NCBI RefSeq assembly: GCF_902652985.1
Contig: NC_047025.1
Location: forward strand, 22,010,001 to 22,074,000
Source: Pecten maximus
Lineage: Eukaryota
Reading direction: 5' to 3'
DNA: 64,000 nt
In this document: in pieces, positions 25,801-38,793 of the stretch
Layout: each line of letters starts with the position of its first letter
Numbering within the stretch: the stretch's first letter is position 1
Position numbers and translations under genes: made by a program
The notes under the pieces: model-generated
What the model saw: only the letters and a program-made list of their open reading frames with translations
Told to the model about the DNA's origin: nothing
The model's database searches: none

Positions 25801-28800
25801 CCAGTCTCCCACACCACTCATGTCTTCCCTCTGTTTTACAGTCTGAGTGCCAGTCTCCCACACCACGATGTCTTCCCTCTGTTTTACAGTCTGAGTGCCA
25901 GTCTCCCACACCACGATGTCTTCCCTCTGTTTTACAGTCTGAGTGCCAGTCTCCCACACCACGATGTCTTCCCTCTGTTTTACAGTCTGAGTGCCAGTCT
26001 CCCACACCACGATGTCTTCCCTCTGTTTTACAGTCTGAGTGCCAGTCTCCCACACCACGATGTCTTCCCTCTGTTTTACAGTCTGAGTGCCAGTCTCCCA
26101 CACCACGATGTCTTCCCTCTGTTTTACAGTCTGAGTGCCAGTCTCCCACACCACGATGTCTTCCCTCTGTTTTACAGTCTGAGTGCCAGTCTCCCACACC
26201 ACGATGTCTTCCCTCTGTTTTACAGTCTGAGTGCCAGTCTCCCACACCACGATGTCTTCCCTCTGTTTTACAGTCTGAGTGCCAGTCTCCCACACCACGA
26301 TGTCTTCCCTCTGTTTTACAGTCTGAGTGCCAGTCTCCCACACCACGATGTCTTCCCTCTGTTTTACAGTCTGAGTGCCAGTCTCCCACACCACGATGTC
26401 TTCCCTCTGTTTTACAGTCTGAGTGCCAGTCTCCCACACCACGATGTCTTCCCTCTGTTTTACAGTCTGAGTGCCAGTCTCCCACACCACGATGTCTTCC
26501 CTCTGTTTTACAGTCTGAGTGCCAGTCTCCCACACCACGATGTCTTCCCTCTGTTTTACAGTCTGAGTGCCAGTCTCCCACACCACGATGTCTTCCCTCT
26601 GTTTTACAGTCTGAGTGCCAGTCTCCCACACCATGATGTCTTCCCTCTGTTTTACAGTCTGAGTGCCAGTCTCCCACACCACGATGTCTTCCCTCTGTTT
26701 TACAGTCTGAGTGCCAGTCTCCCACACCACGATGTCTTCCCTCTGTTTTACAGTCTGAGTGCCAGTCTCCCACACCACGATGTCTTCCCTCTGTTTTACA
26801 GTCTGAGTGCCAGTCTCCCACACCACGATGTCTTCCCTCTGTTTTACAGTCTGAGTGCCAGTCTCCCACACCACGATGTCTTCCCTCTGTTTTACAGTCT
26901 GAGTGCCAGTCTCCCACACTCACGATGTCTTCCCTCTGTTTTACAGTCTGAGTGCCAGTCTCCCACACCACGATGTCTTCCCTCTGTTTTACAGTCTGAG
27001 TGCCAGTCTCCCACACCACGATGTCTTCCCTCTGTTTTACAGTCTGAGTGCCAGTCTCCCACACCACGATGTCTTCCCTCTGTTTTACAGTCTGAGTGCC
27101 AGTCTCCCACACCACGATGTCTTCCCTCTGTTTTACAGTCTGAGTGCCAGTCTCCCACACCACGATGTCTTCCCTCTGTTTTACAGTCTGAGTGCCAGTC
27201 TCCCACATCACGATGTCTTCCCTCTGTTTTACAGTCTGAGTGCCAGTCTCCCACACCACGATGTCTTCCCTCTGTTTTACAGTCTGAGTGCCAGTCTCCC
27301 ACACCACGATGTCTTCCCTCTGTTTTACAGTCTGAGTGCCAGTCTCCCACACCATGATGTCTTCCCTCTGTTTTACAGTCTGAGTGCAGTCTCCCACACC
27401 ACGATGTCTTCCCTCTGTTTTACAGTCTGAGTGCCAGTCTCCCACACCACGATGTCTTCCCTCTGTTTTACAGTCTGAGTGCCAGTCTCCCACACCACGA
27501 TGTCTTCCCTCTGTTTTACAGTCTGAGTGCCAGTCTCCCACACCACGATGTCTTCCCTCTGTTTTACAGTCTGAGTGCCAGTCTCCCACACCACGATGTC
27601 TTCCCTCTGTTTTACAGTCTGAGTGCCAGTCTCCCACACCACGATGTCTTCCCTCTGTTTTACAGTCTGAGTGCCAGTCTCCCACACCACGATGTCTTCC
27701 CTCTGTTTTACAGTCTGAGTGCCAGTCTCCCACACCACGATGTCTTCCCTCTGTTTTACAGTCTGAGTGCCAGTCTCCCACACCATGATGTCTTCCCTCT
27801 GTTTTACAGTCTGAGTGCCAGCCTCCCACACCATGATGTCTTCCCTCTGTTTTACAGTCTGAGTGCCAGTCTCCCACACCACGATGTCTTCCCTCTGTTT
27901 TACAGTCTGAGTGCCAGTCTCCCACACCACGATGTCTTCCCTCTGTTTTACAGTCTGAGTGCCAGTCTCCCACACCACGATGTCTTCCCTCTGTTTTACA
28001 GTCTGAGTGCCAGTCTCCCACACCACGATGTCTTCCCTCTGTTTTACAGTCTGAGTGCCAGTCTCCCACACCACGATGTCTTCCCTCTGTTTTACAGTCT
28101 GAGTGCCAGTCTCCCACACCACGATGTCTTCCCTCTGTTTTACAGTCTGAGTGCCAGTCTCCCACACCACGATGTCTTCCCTCTGTTTTACAGTCTGAGT
28201 GCCAGTCTCCCACACCACGATGTCTTCCCTCTGTTTTACAGTCTGAGTGCCAGTCTCCCACACCACGATGTCTTCCCTCTGTTTTACAGTCTGAGTGCCA
28301 GTCTCCCACACCACGATGTCTTCCCTCTGTTTTACAGTCTGAGTGCCAGTCTCCCACACCACGATGTCTTCCCTCTGTTTTACAGTCTGAGTGCCAGTCT
28401 CCCACACCACGATGTCTTCCCTCTGTTTTACAGTCTGAGTGTCAGTCTCCCACACCACGATGTCTTCCCTCTGTTTTACAGTCTGAGTGCCAGTCTCCCA
28501 CACCATGATGTCTTCCCTCTGTTTTACAGTCTGAGTGCCAGCCTCCCACATCACGATGTCTTCCCTCTGTTTTACAGTCTGAGTGCCAGTCTCCCACACC
28601 ACGATGTCTTCCCTCTGTTTTACAGTCTGAGTGCCAGTCTCCCACACCACGATGTCTTCCCTCTGTTTTACAGTCTGAGTGCCAGTCTCCCACACCACGA
28701 TGTCTTCCCTCTGTTTTACAGTCTGAGTGCCAGTCTCCCACACCACGATGTCTTCCCTCTGTTTTACAGTCTGAGTGCCAGTCTCCCACACCACGATGTC

Positions 28801-29400
28801 TTCCCTCTGTTTTACAGTCTGAGTGCCAGTCTCCCACACCACGATGTCTTCCCTCTGTTTTACAGTCTGAGTGCCAGTCTCCCACACCATGATGTCTTCC
28901 CTCTGTTTTACAGTCTGAGTGCCAGTCTCCCACACCACGATGTCTTCCCTCTGTTTTACAGTCTGAGTGCCAGTCTCCCATATCACGATGTCTTCCCTCT
29001 GTTTTACAGTCTGAGTGCCAGTCTCCCACACCACGATGTCTTCCCTCTGTTTTACAGTCTGAGTGCCAGTATCCCACACCACGATGTCTTCCCTCTGTTT
29101 TACAGTCTGAGTGCCAGTCTCCCACACCACGATGTCTTCCCTCTGTTTTACAGTCTGAGTGCCAGTATCCCACACCACGATGTCTTCCCTCTGTTTTACA
29201 GTCTGAGTGCCAGTATCCCACACCACGATGTCTTCCCTCTGTTTTACAGTCTGAGTGCCAGTATCCCACACCATGATGTCTTCCCTCTGTTTTACAGTCT
29301 GAGTGCCAGTCTCCCACACCACGATGTCTTCCCTCTGTTTTACAGTCTGAGTGCCAGTCTCCCATATCGCGATGTTTTCCCCTTTGGTTTGCAGTCTCCA
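22822..29400. repeat. 48-bp satellite array, ~137 near-identical copies (6.6 kb)
   Basis: Unit CAGTCTCCCACACCAYGATGTCTTCCCTCTGTTTTACAGTCTGAGTGC; source of all 16-aa-periodic ORFs between 22751 and 29401. Confidence 0.99.
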
Positions 29401-29556
29401 ACTTAATGATGTCCCGTTGTTTTACAGTCTTTCCTTTTGTTACCGTGTCATGATGTCTTTCCTTTTGTTCTTCCTCTAGATGCCTAGATATAATATATTA
29501 TATTTGTTGATAATTGTACGGTTATTTTTATTTATTATTTTGCCTAGTGTACATAT

Positions 29557-29740
29557 TTAGTTACACTGTACGAACATAGTTATTAACTGTACCGTATATA
29601 TAAGTTACACTGTACGTACATACTCATTAACTGTACCTTATATATAAGTTACACTGTACGTACATAGTTATCAACTGTACCTTATATATTAGTTACTAGT
29701 ACACTGTACATACATAGTTATTAACTGTACCTTATATATT
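29557..29740. repeat. ~44-bp AT-rich tandem repeat, ~4 copies
   Basis: Unit approximately TAGTTACACTGTACGTACATAGTTATTAACTGTACCTTATATAT. Confidence 0.8.
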
Positions 29741-30172
29741 CGAGCTCTTCTCATGCATTTCTCATTTTTGTCGTTATCAGAAATAAAGTGGGTTTTGTTA
29801 TTATTATATAACTGACCTCATTATAATTATAGAACGTAAAACAACTCCAAAACAACTCTTAAACGCCAGTAAATCAGTACAACGTTACAGTTGTCTGGCT
29901 GTATCTGGAATGCCCTCCCTACGACCTCCCATCATGAACAGTTTTTGTGAAACGACTGGGACAGTAACCTTTCCTCGGGCAATTTCTTTGACATTGGACA
30001 ACTTTTAAGCCTTCCTAGATGAATAAAAGGATTGCAGTATTTTTATATATAAATGGACAAGTCTGCGGATTGTACAGGGTCACTCTGTCATAAAGAACCA
30101 CTAGATGTTATGATAATACCCGCAATTTATCAGTACTTTATCGTCATCCATTTATTTCTGTTTTCTAAAACT

Positions 30173-30274
30173 AGCGTGCGTGTTTGTGTGCGTGTGTTAG
30201 TATGTTTGTTTGTATGCGTGCGTGCGTGTTAGTGTGTGTGCGTGTGTTTGTTTGTATGCGTGCGTGCGTGCGTG
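30173..30274. repeat. Imperfect (GCGT/GT)n microsatellite
   Basis: gcgtgcgtgtttgtgtgcgtgtg... tract. Confidence 0.8.
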
Positions 30275-30957
30275 AATTATATTAGATAAAGTTAACAAAC
30301 AACAGACACAATACATGTATAACATCATTCTTGTAAAATTATATTTCTCCTTGACAGTGGAAGGCGTGTCTTGAGGGAAAGGCTATAGCAAGAATCACAA
30401 TGGAGATAACATCAATTTGGCGAACTGAAATAAATATTTTCAAACTTCTGATAAATACTGACTGTTAATTCTTGTTTTGGTTTGATTTTCTGTTATATTA
30501 TGCAAAATATTAGTCATCTTTAATTATCAGCATTCTTGTCATGATGTAGGTACGTGTACTCTATTCATTAAAACAGCAAACGTTGTAGGCCTATTTAAAT
30601 ACGAGCCGAAAACTCTGTCTTAGTCATATGTTCATTGTCTCTCAGTGTTGACAAACGTACAAGGAATCCACCAATATTGTGTAGTAACGGAATGTAACAC
30701 AATGGTCTATAGGTAATGTTAACGCTGATCGCCAACTTGTGTGTTATAATTACTGTCGTACACAGTAATGACTTCATTTGGCGAGGATAGCATGTAAAGG
30801 CATTACGACACCACGTGACTACTTCGCTCTGTAGAGCTCGAGTAACAATAACTATGTCACACTCGTACTCAATCTAGTCTAGTTACACGGTAATGGGCGC
30901 CGCGGTTCCCCGTGGTCAGCTATACAGGTACCACAGAAGAGGTTAACTATATATTGT

Positions 30958-33900
30958 AGTAACACAGTGAGGGTCAGTTCCTCCCCGGGTCAGCTATACT
31001 AGTAACACAGTAAGGGTCAGTTCCTCCCCAGGTCAGCTATACTAGTAACACAGTGAGGGTCAGTTCCTCCCGAGGTCAGCTATACTAGTAACACAGTGAG
31101 GGTCAGTTCCTCCCCAGGTCAGCTATACTAGTAACACAGTGAGGGTCAGTTCCTGCCCTGGTCAGTTATAGCAGTAACACAGTGAGGGTCAGTTCCTGCC
31201 CTGGTCAGTTATTCTAGTAACACAGTGAGGGTCAGTTCCTCCCCAGGTCAGCTATACTAGTAACACAGTGAGGGTCAGTTCCTCCCCGGGTCAGCTATAC
31301 TAGTAACACAGTGAGGGTCAGTTCCTCCCCGGGTCAGCTATACTAGTAACACAGTGAGGGTCAGTTCCTCCCCGGGTCAGCTATACTAGTAACACAGTGA
31401 GGGTCAGTTCCTCCCCGGGTCAGCTATACTAGTAACACAGTGAGGGTCAGTTCCTCCCCGGGTCAGCTATACTAGTAACACAGTGAGGGTCAGTTCCTCC
31501 CGAGGTCAGCTATACTAGTAACACAGTGAGGGTCAGTTCCTCCCCAGGTCAGCTATACTAGTAACACAGTGAGAGTCAGTTCCTCCCCAGGTCAGCTATA
31601 CTAGTAACACAGTGAGGGTCAGTTCCTCCCAAGGTCAGCTATACTAGTAACACAGTGAGGGTCAGTTCCTCTCCAGGTCAGCTATACTAGTAACACAGTG
31701 AGGGTCAGTTCCTCCCCAGGTCAGCTATACTAGTAACACAGTGAGGGTCAGTTCCTCCCCAGGTCAGCTATACTAGTAACACAGTGAGGGTCAGTTCCTC
31801 CCCGGGTCAGCTATACTAGTAACACAGTGAGGGTCAGTTCCTCCCCGGGTCAGCTATACTAGTAACACAGTGAGGGTCAGTTCCTCTCCGGGTCAGCTAT
31901 ACTAGTAACACAGTGAGGGTCAGTTCCTCCCCAGGTCAGCTATACTAGTAACACAGTGAGGGTCAGTTCCTCCTCAGGTCAGCTATAGCAGTAACACAGT
32001 GAGGGTCAGTTCCTCCCCGGGTCAGCTATACTAGTAACACAGTGAGGGTCAGTTCCTCTCCAGGTCAGCTATACTAGTAACACAGTGAGGGTCAGTTCCT
32101 CCCTGGGTCAGCTATACTAGTAACACAGTGAGGGTCAGTTCCTCCCCATGTCAGCTATACTAGTAACACAGTGAGTGTCAGTTCCTCTCCAGGTCAGCTA
32201 TAGCAGTAACACAGTGAGGGTCAGTTCCTCCCATGATCAGCTATACTAGTAACACAGTGAGGGTCAGTTCCTCTCCAGGTCAGCTATACTAGTAACACAG
32301 TGAGGGTCAGTTCCTCCCCGGGTCAGCTATACTAGTAACACAGTGAGGGTCAGTTCCTCTCCAGGTCAGCTATACTAGTAACACAGTGAGGGTCAGTTCC
32401 TCTCCAGGTCAGCTATACTAGTAACACAGTGAGGGTCAGTTCCTCCCCGGGTCAGCTATACTAGTAACACAGTGAGGGTCAGTTCCTCCCCAGGTCAGCT
32501 ATACTAGTAACACAGTGAGGGTCAGTTCCTCCCAAGGTCAGCTATACTAGTAACACAGTGAGGGTCAGTTCCTCCCCAGGTCAGTTATACTAGTAACACA
32601 GTGAGGGTCAGTTCCTCCCCAGGTCAGCTATACTTGTAACACAGTGAGGGTCAGTTCCTCCTCGGGTCAGCTATACTAGTAACACAGTGAGGGTCAGTTC
32701 CTCTCCAGGTCAGCTATACTAGTAACACAGTGAGGGTCAGTTCCTCCCCAGGTCAGCTATACTAGTAACACAGTGAGGGTCAGTTCCTCACCAGGTCAGC
32801 TATACTAGTAACACAGTGAGGGTCAGTCACTTCCCAGGTCAGCTATACTAGTGACACAGTGAGGGTCAGTTCCTCCCCAGGTCAGCTATGCTAGTGACAC
32901 AGTGATGGTCAGTTCCTCCCCAGGTCAGCTATACTAGTAACACAGTGGGGGTCAGATCCTCCCCAGGTCAGCTATACTAGTAACACAGTGAGGGTCAGTT
33001 CCTCCCCAGGTCAGCTATACTAGAAACACAGTGAGGGTCAGTTCCTCCCCAGGTCAGCTATACTAGTAACACAGTGAGGGTCAGTTCCTCCCCGGGTCAG
33101 CTATACTAGTAACACAGTGAGGGTCAGTTCCTCCCCAGGTCAGCTATACTAGTAACACAGTGAGGGTCAGTTCCTCCCCAGGTCAGCTATACTAGTAACA
33201 CAGTGAGGATCAGGGAATTCCTCCCCAGGTCAGCTATACTAGTAACACAGTGAGGGTCAGTTCCTCCCCAGGTCAGCTATACTAGTAACACAGTGAGGGT
33301 CAGTTCCTCCCCAGGTCAGCTATACTAGTTACACAGTGAGGGTCAGTTCCTCCCCGGAGCAGCTATACTAGTAACACAGTGAGGGTCAGTTCCTCCCCGG
33401 GTCAGCTATACTAGTAACACAGTGAGGGTCAGTTCTTCCCCAGGTAAGCTATACTAGTAACACAGTGAAGGTCAGTTCCTCCCCGGGTCAGCTATACTAG
33501 TAACACAGTGAGGGTCAGTTCCTCCCCAGGTCAGCTATACTAGTAACACAGTGAGGGTCAGTTCCTCCCCAGGTCAGCTATACTAGTAACACAGTGGGGG
33601 TCAGTTCCTCCCCAGGTAAGCTATACTAGTAACACAGTGAGGGTCAGTTCCTCTCCAGGTCAGCTATACTAGTAACACAGTGAGAGACAGTTCCTCCCCA
33701 GGTCAGCTATACTAGTAACACAGTGAGGGTCAGTTCCTCCCCAGGTCAGCTATACTAGTAACACAGTGAGGGTCAGTTCCTCCCCAGGTCAGCTATACTA
33801 GTTACACAGTGAGGGTCAGTTCCTCCCCGGAGCAGCTATACTAGTAACACAGTGAGGGTCAGTTCCTCCCCGGGTCAGCTATACTAGTAACACAGTGAAG

Positions 33901-34197
33901 GTCAGGTCCTCCTCGGGTCAGCTATACTAGTAACACAGTGAGGGTCAGTTCCTCTCCAGGTCAGCTATACTAGTAACACAGTGAAGGTCAGTTCCTCCCC
34001 GGGTCAGCTTTACTAGTAACACAGTGAAGGTCAGTTCCTCCCCGGGTCAGCTATACTAGTAACACAGTGAGGGTCAGTTCCTCCCCGGGTCAGCTATACT
34101 AGTAACACAGTGAGGGTCAGTTCCTCCCCAGGTCAGCTATACTAGTAACACAGTGAGGGTCAGTTCCTGCCCTGGTCAGTTATAGCAGTAGCACAGT
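30958..34197. repeat. 43-bp minisatellite, ~75 copies (3.2 kb)
   Basis: Unit TAGTAACACAGTGAGGGTCAGTTCCTCCCCRGGTCAGCTATAC. Confidence 0.98.
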
Positions 34198-34778
34198 AGT
34201 GAGTAGCTGATAATTCATGACAAAGTGTTTTAATTCATGTTTTATTTCAGTAAGCATTATACATTGGTGTGTTTTCGTCTAGCGTATCTTCTTTAAAGAC
34301 CGAAAACATTGGTTGTGTATGCCTGGATGATTTATTTTGATCCATATATACCCCATATAGGTAGCGATGTTATCTATCTAGAAATGTGAACTACAGCTAT
34401 ATGCCTCAGCCTGAAAAATATTTGTAATAAAACTCCGTTGATTGACAGAAACTTAATTTTGAGATGATATTTTTGCTTTTCCATAAGACCAGTCTTTATG
34501 TCATTTATCGGGAGTCATGAAAAGAAAAATGGACGTCATCTGGTAGATTAAGCAGGAACTGCCCGGAGGTGATGTCATTGAGGTAGTCGGCCGGGTATAC
34601 TACCTACTGATAAAGATCACGTTCTGTATCCGACCGCTATCCCGGGGCCACGTACAGCCAGGCAATGTATAGATAACTCGTTAAACTTTCACTGAATACA
34701 CATTCGTAAACACATACCCTAGCTCCGTATAGATGACTTTAAAATTCATCACACAGTTTCAGGTTTAAGAATACTATA

Positions 34779-35688
34779 TTTTACCCAGTGTGGCTCTGTT
34801 GCGTTTTATCCAGAGTGGCTCTGTGGCGTTTTACCCAGAGTGGCTCTGTGGCGTTTATCCCAGAGTGGCTCTGTGGCATTTTACCCAGAGTGGCTCTGTG
34901 GCATTTTACCCAGAGTAACTCTGTGGCGTTTTACCCTGATTGGCTCTGTGGCGTTTTACCCAGAGTGGCTCTGTGGCATTTTACCCAGAGTGGCTCTGTG
35001 GCGTTTTTACCCAGAGTAACTCTGTGGCGTTTTACCCTGAGTGGCTCTGTGGCATTTTACCCTGAGTGGCTCTGTGGCGTTTTTACCTAGAGTAACTCTG
35101 TGGCTTTTATCCCAGAGTGGTTCTGTGGCGTTTTACCCAGAGTGGCTCTGCGGCGTTTTACCCAGAGTGGCTCTGCGGCATTTTACCCAGAGTGGCTCTG
35201 TGGCGTTTTACCCAGAGTGGCTCTGTGGCATTTTACCCAGAGTGGCTCTGTGGCGTTTTTACCCAGAGTAACTCTGTGGCGTGTTTACCCTGAGTGGCTC
35301 TGTGGCGTTTTACCCAGAGTAACTCTGTGGCGTTTTTACCCTGAGTGCCTCTGTGGCATTTTACCCAGAGTAACTCTGTGGCATTTTACCCTGAGTGGCT
35401 CTGTGGCGTTTTTACCCAGAGTAACTCTGTGGCTTTTATCCCAGAGTGGCTCTGCGACGTTTTACCCAGAGTGGTTCTGTGGCGTTTTACCCAGAGTGGC
35501 TCTGCGGCGTTTTACCCAGAGTGGCTCTGCGGCGTTTTACCCAGAGTGGCTCTGCGACGTTTTACCCAGAGTGGTTCTGTGGCGTTTTACCCAGAGTGGC
35601 TCTGTGGCGTTTATCCCAAAGTGGCTCTGCGGCGTTTTACCCAGAGTGGCTCTGCGGCATTTTACCCAGAGTGGCTCTGTGGCGTTTT
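34779..35688. repeat. 25-bp minisatellite, ~36 copies
   Basis: Unit TTTTACCCAGAGTGGCTCTGTGGCR; explains the ORFs between 34788 and 35750. Confidence 0.96.
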
Positions 35689-37559
35689 CTGTTTCATCGT
35701 ATCTTATGATGTTATATCGTCGTTATATTGTACAAACGCTTCGTAAATAACCAGGAAATATAACAATAAAGACGTGTATCATTAACTTATGTATTTTGCA
35801 TGTTTGAAATATGTGATTCTGCTTGTCCCCAGACACCCCTCGTACTGTCGTGGTAAGACAGTTTACTCCCATTTCTCTCGATAACAGATTGTCCAGTGTG
35901 GTAAGAAGGAAACTTCGCCAAAAACGACTGTAACTCCATACAGTAAACAAACGAGCAAACACCCGACCTGTTTTGTTAACCTCCAATCACCATGGCGATT
36001 GCCGACGAGTATAGATGACAAAGGTATTTATCCATGTAAATGACAATGAGGTGTGGTGGTGCAAGGAGTCACGGTCACGTGATATTGAAAATAGTTTAAA
36101 TAACAAACAAACAATAAATGATAACGTAACAGTCATACATATAAACAACTAATCGCCATCATCCAAACGAAAGTTTATGTGAAAAACTCAATATCTGGAT
36201 TTTATAGAATTATCTGAGTTGATGATTGTGTTTATAAAACACACACACACACAACTACTACAATAACGTTTATAGTTACGGCGCACATGTTACACGTAAT
36301 TGAGAATAAACAACCGCTCACAGATAATAAAACATCACATAGCAGACGAGTATTGATGAATACGTCTCGTCCAGTCTCGTCAACAGTCGGAATTGCCCCA
36401 GATGTCACCAGGCGCATGCGTTACAATACGCAGACCTTTGAGAGAACAGCTGTTGTCCAATCGTCAGGGCATGTTGAGGTCCGTGACTAGGAGGGTGGAA
36501 CAGCTGGTAGAATCCGGTTTCTGTTAGTGAAGTGGACGGAAGCCGCGTCACAGCTGGAAGGGTTAATTTTAACCCCTAAATAGTTCTCATTGATGTCCAG
36601 CGCGTTTTAATCAAGAGAGATGTATTAAACATAACGGTATCGAATCGATATAAGATAATTTTTTACAACCAGGCGTCAGCTTGAAGAACAGCTCGTGTGC
36701 TAAACTAACTGAGGAGTAATATTATAATAATCATCTGCTTGGACTTCCATTTCAAATCAGAAATAAAGGAACTGGGTATTTTGTAGTAGATTATGTATTT
36801 GTGCGTTCACCTATGGACGCAAATAATACCTATATCAACAGTGCGAATACACACTAGGTTTTCCTATGCGAGTGTGTATGGTACACAACGAAAACCCGTA
36901 AAAGGATGTATTCTTTGTGTTTTAAAGTACGATTTAAAACAAAATGCTGCGTTACATGTAAGTTTGACGTCGATCTCACTAACAATTCGCTGTTATTTTC
37001 AATCAATTGTTGGGTTTTCCTTACATATTGTCATCAATGTGTGTCAATATGTGATGTCTCTTACCCACCTTTGATTTGTTTGTTTGTTTGTTTTTTTTTT
37101 ATCCTCCCTAACAATTTTAATGGCTAAATTCCGAGTTTTCCAGGTCCCGTTCCATCAACGTTCCTTAACTTATGGAAATTCCTTAACAGAATTTTCCCCC
37201 CGGGAAAGCGTTATTGGATACCGGGGGAAATCTTACTTAATGAACGTTTCTTAGATAATGTTATTCTTTCCTAAGGAAAAAAAATCAAGTTTAGGGATTT
37301 GGGGCCAAAATTCATAAACAGACAAACTAAATCATCCGTCTAGTTTACGGATACGATATATAAAATGTACAGTCTTTATACAGACTTAAAGGGTAATCTT
37401 CTGTCTTAGTCTGTAAGCTATTAGTCGCCATTGTTTTAATTAAATTTTATTATTTATCATCACTATTATGTATGCAGCAATAAATTAAATGTTGGTTCGC
37501 TAATCCTGACAATGTTTTCATTCCTTTTTCCGACGAAAATCTGTTTTATAAGTGAATTC

Positions 37560-37609
37560 TCGTTTATCCGGAATACATTGACTCTGGATAGCAAAATCCG
37601 GATAAACGA
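37560..37609. repeat. 13-bp perfect inverted repeat, probable Tc1/pogo-type MITE terminal remnant
   Basis: TCGTTTATCCGGA ... TCCGGATAAACGA. Confidence 0.45.
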
Positions 37610-38033
37610 TCCAGAATTTTTCTTACACCTTGTTATATTCTCCCTGGCGTTTTGTAATCAAGTGTATGGTTTATTGGCGATTGATTGTACCTATATATCT
37701 ATATAAGTGTCTACACACGAACCATATTGACTCTGTCAACAACTTACGTACAGCTAGAGTCAATGATTGACCACTACAGACCCGAGTGCTGAGGTAGTGT
37801 TGTCCTAACTGTTTCCAGTAGTGTGTACACGTCACATTTAATCTGATTCAGAAGTGTGCACTCATTGAAGGCCATCCCGTTAACTGTTCATAGACTAAAT
37901 ACATACTTCACAAATATTTGTACTTGCTTTCTTGTAACACACTGTTCACGTCGGTATTTGTTCTACACTACTACAAAGGGTTTGAATCTTAAAAGGAACA
38001 GACCTCGATCGAACATAAAAATAGTCTGAGAAC

Positions 38034-38034
<1 letters not shown>

Positions 38035-38066
<32 letters not shown>
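38035..38066. repeat. (TA)16 microsatellite
   Basis: Perfect TA run. Confidence 0.95.
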
Positions 38067-38070
<4 letters not shown>

Positions 38071-38099
38071 GCTGCCCACTGTCAAACTGATTTCTGTAC

Positions 38100-38212
38100 T
38101 TTTCTTGAGGTGGATATGTGATTATATAAACATAAGAAAGATATATTAACCGAGATGAAAACAGAGGTCAATACCAACGATTTATATTATCACATATCAA
38201 CCGAAATAAAAG
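38100..38212. repeat. Imperfect ~30-bp inverted repeat, MITE-like internal palindrome
   Basis: TTTTCTTGAGGTGGATATGTGATTATATAAA versus TTTATATTATCACATATCAACCGAAATAAAA. Confidence 0.5.
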
Positions 38213-38793
38213 CTTAAACAAACTGGACGAAGAAGGAAATCGTTAAGAGATGCGTCAAACATAGACATTATTATTGGAACATTAAAATTAAAGTGACGTT
38301 ATAAAAGTAATATATCATTTTAACCTTTTGTTTCTAAAATAATAACATCGATCTTAGATTCACACGTTATGATAAATTAGTTATGAAAATGGACAGCGAT
38401 TTTCACTCAGGTCAATTTCTTCTGCATTTTTATTGTTACAATTTTATATTTCCATTTTGTAATGTTTAGTCATCAAATTACATCTGTATAATTATAAAAG
38501 TGCTAATAAAGTTGAATTTAATTCAATTAATACGCGATTCGGTAAGAGATAAAAAGAAAGAACAATTCTCCTCAGTTAAACGTCAGGAATTCTATATTGA
38601 GTTGTGTAGGAACTTATAAAGCGGGTGTCCCATAATGGTAACAAAAATCCTACTGCACAGGTGGATTACTGGGCAGAATGCACACAATACCGTACGTAAC
38701 TTCAAGCTAATTTTCAGATAATATCTTAATTAATACCAATATATTCCAATACCGTAACCTAAACCTCCGGGTCATTCACTTTGACCATAAAGT

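Noticed and set aside
22751-29401. Very long ORFs (up to 872 aa) on both strands that could suggest a repetitive structural protein
   Set aside because: They arise because a 48-bp unit (a multiple of 3) lacks stops in four of six frames. Single-base indels switch frames freely and there are no unique domains or plausible gene structure, so this is satellite DNA. Some indels may be long-read errors.
30958-35688. CRISPR-like appearance of the 43-bp and 25-bp arrays (regular units, internal hairpin)
   Set aside because: Units are contiguous with no unique spacers, there are no cas genes, and the context is eukaryotic.
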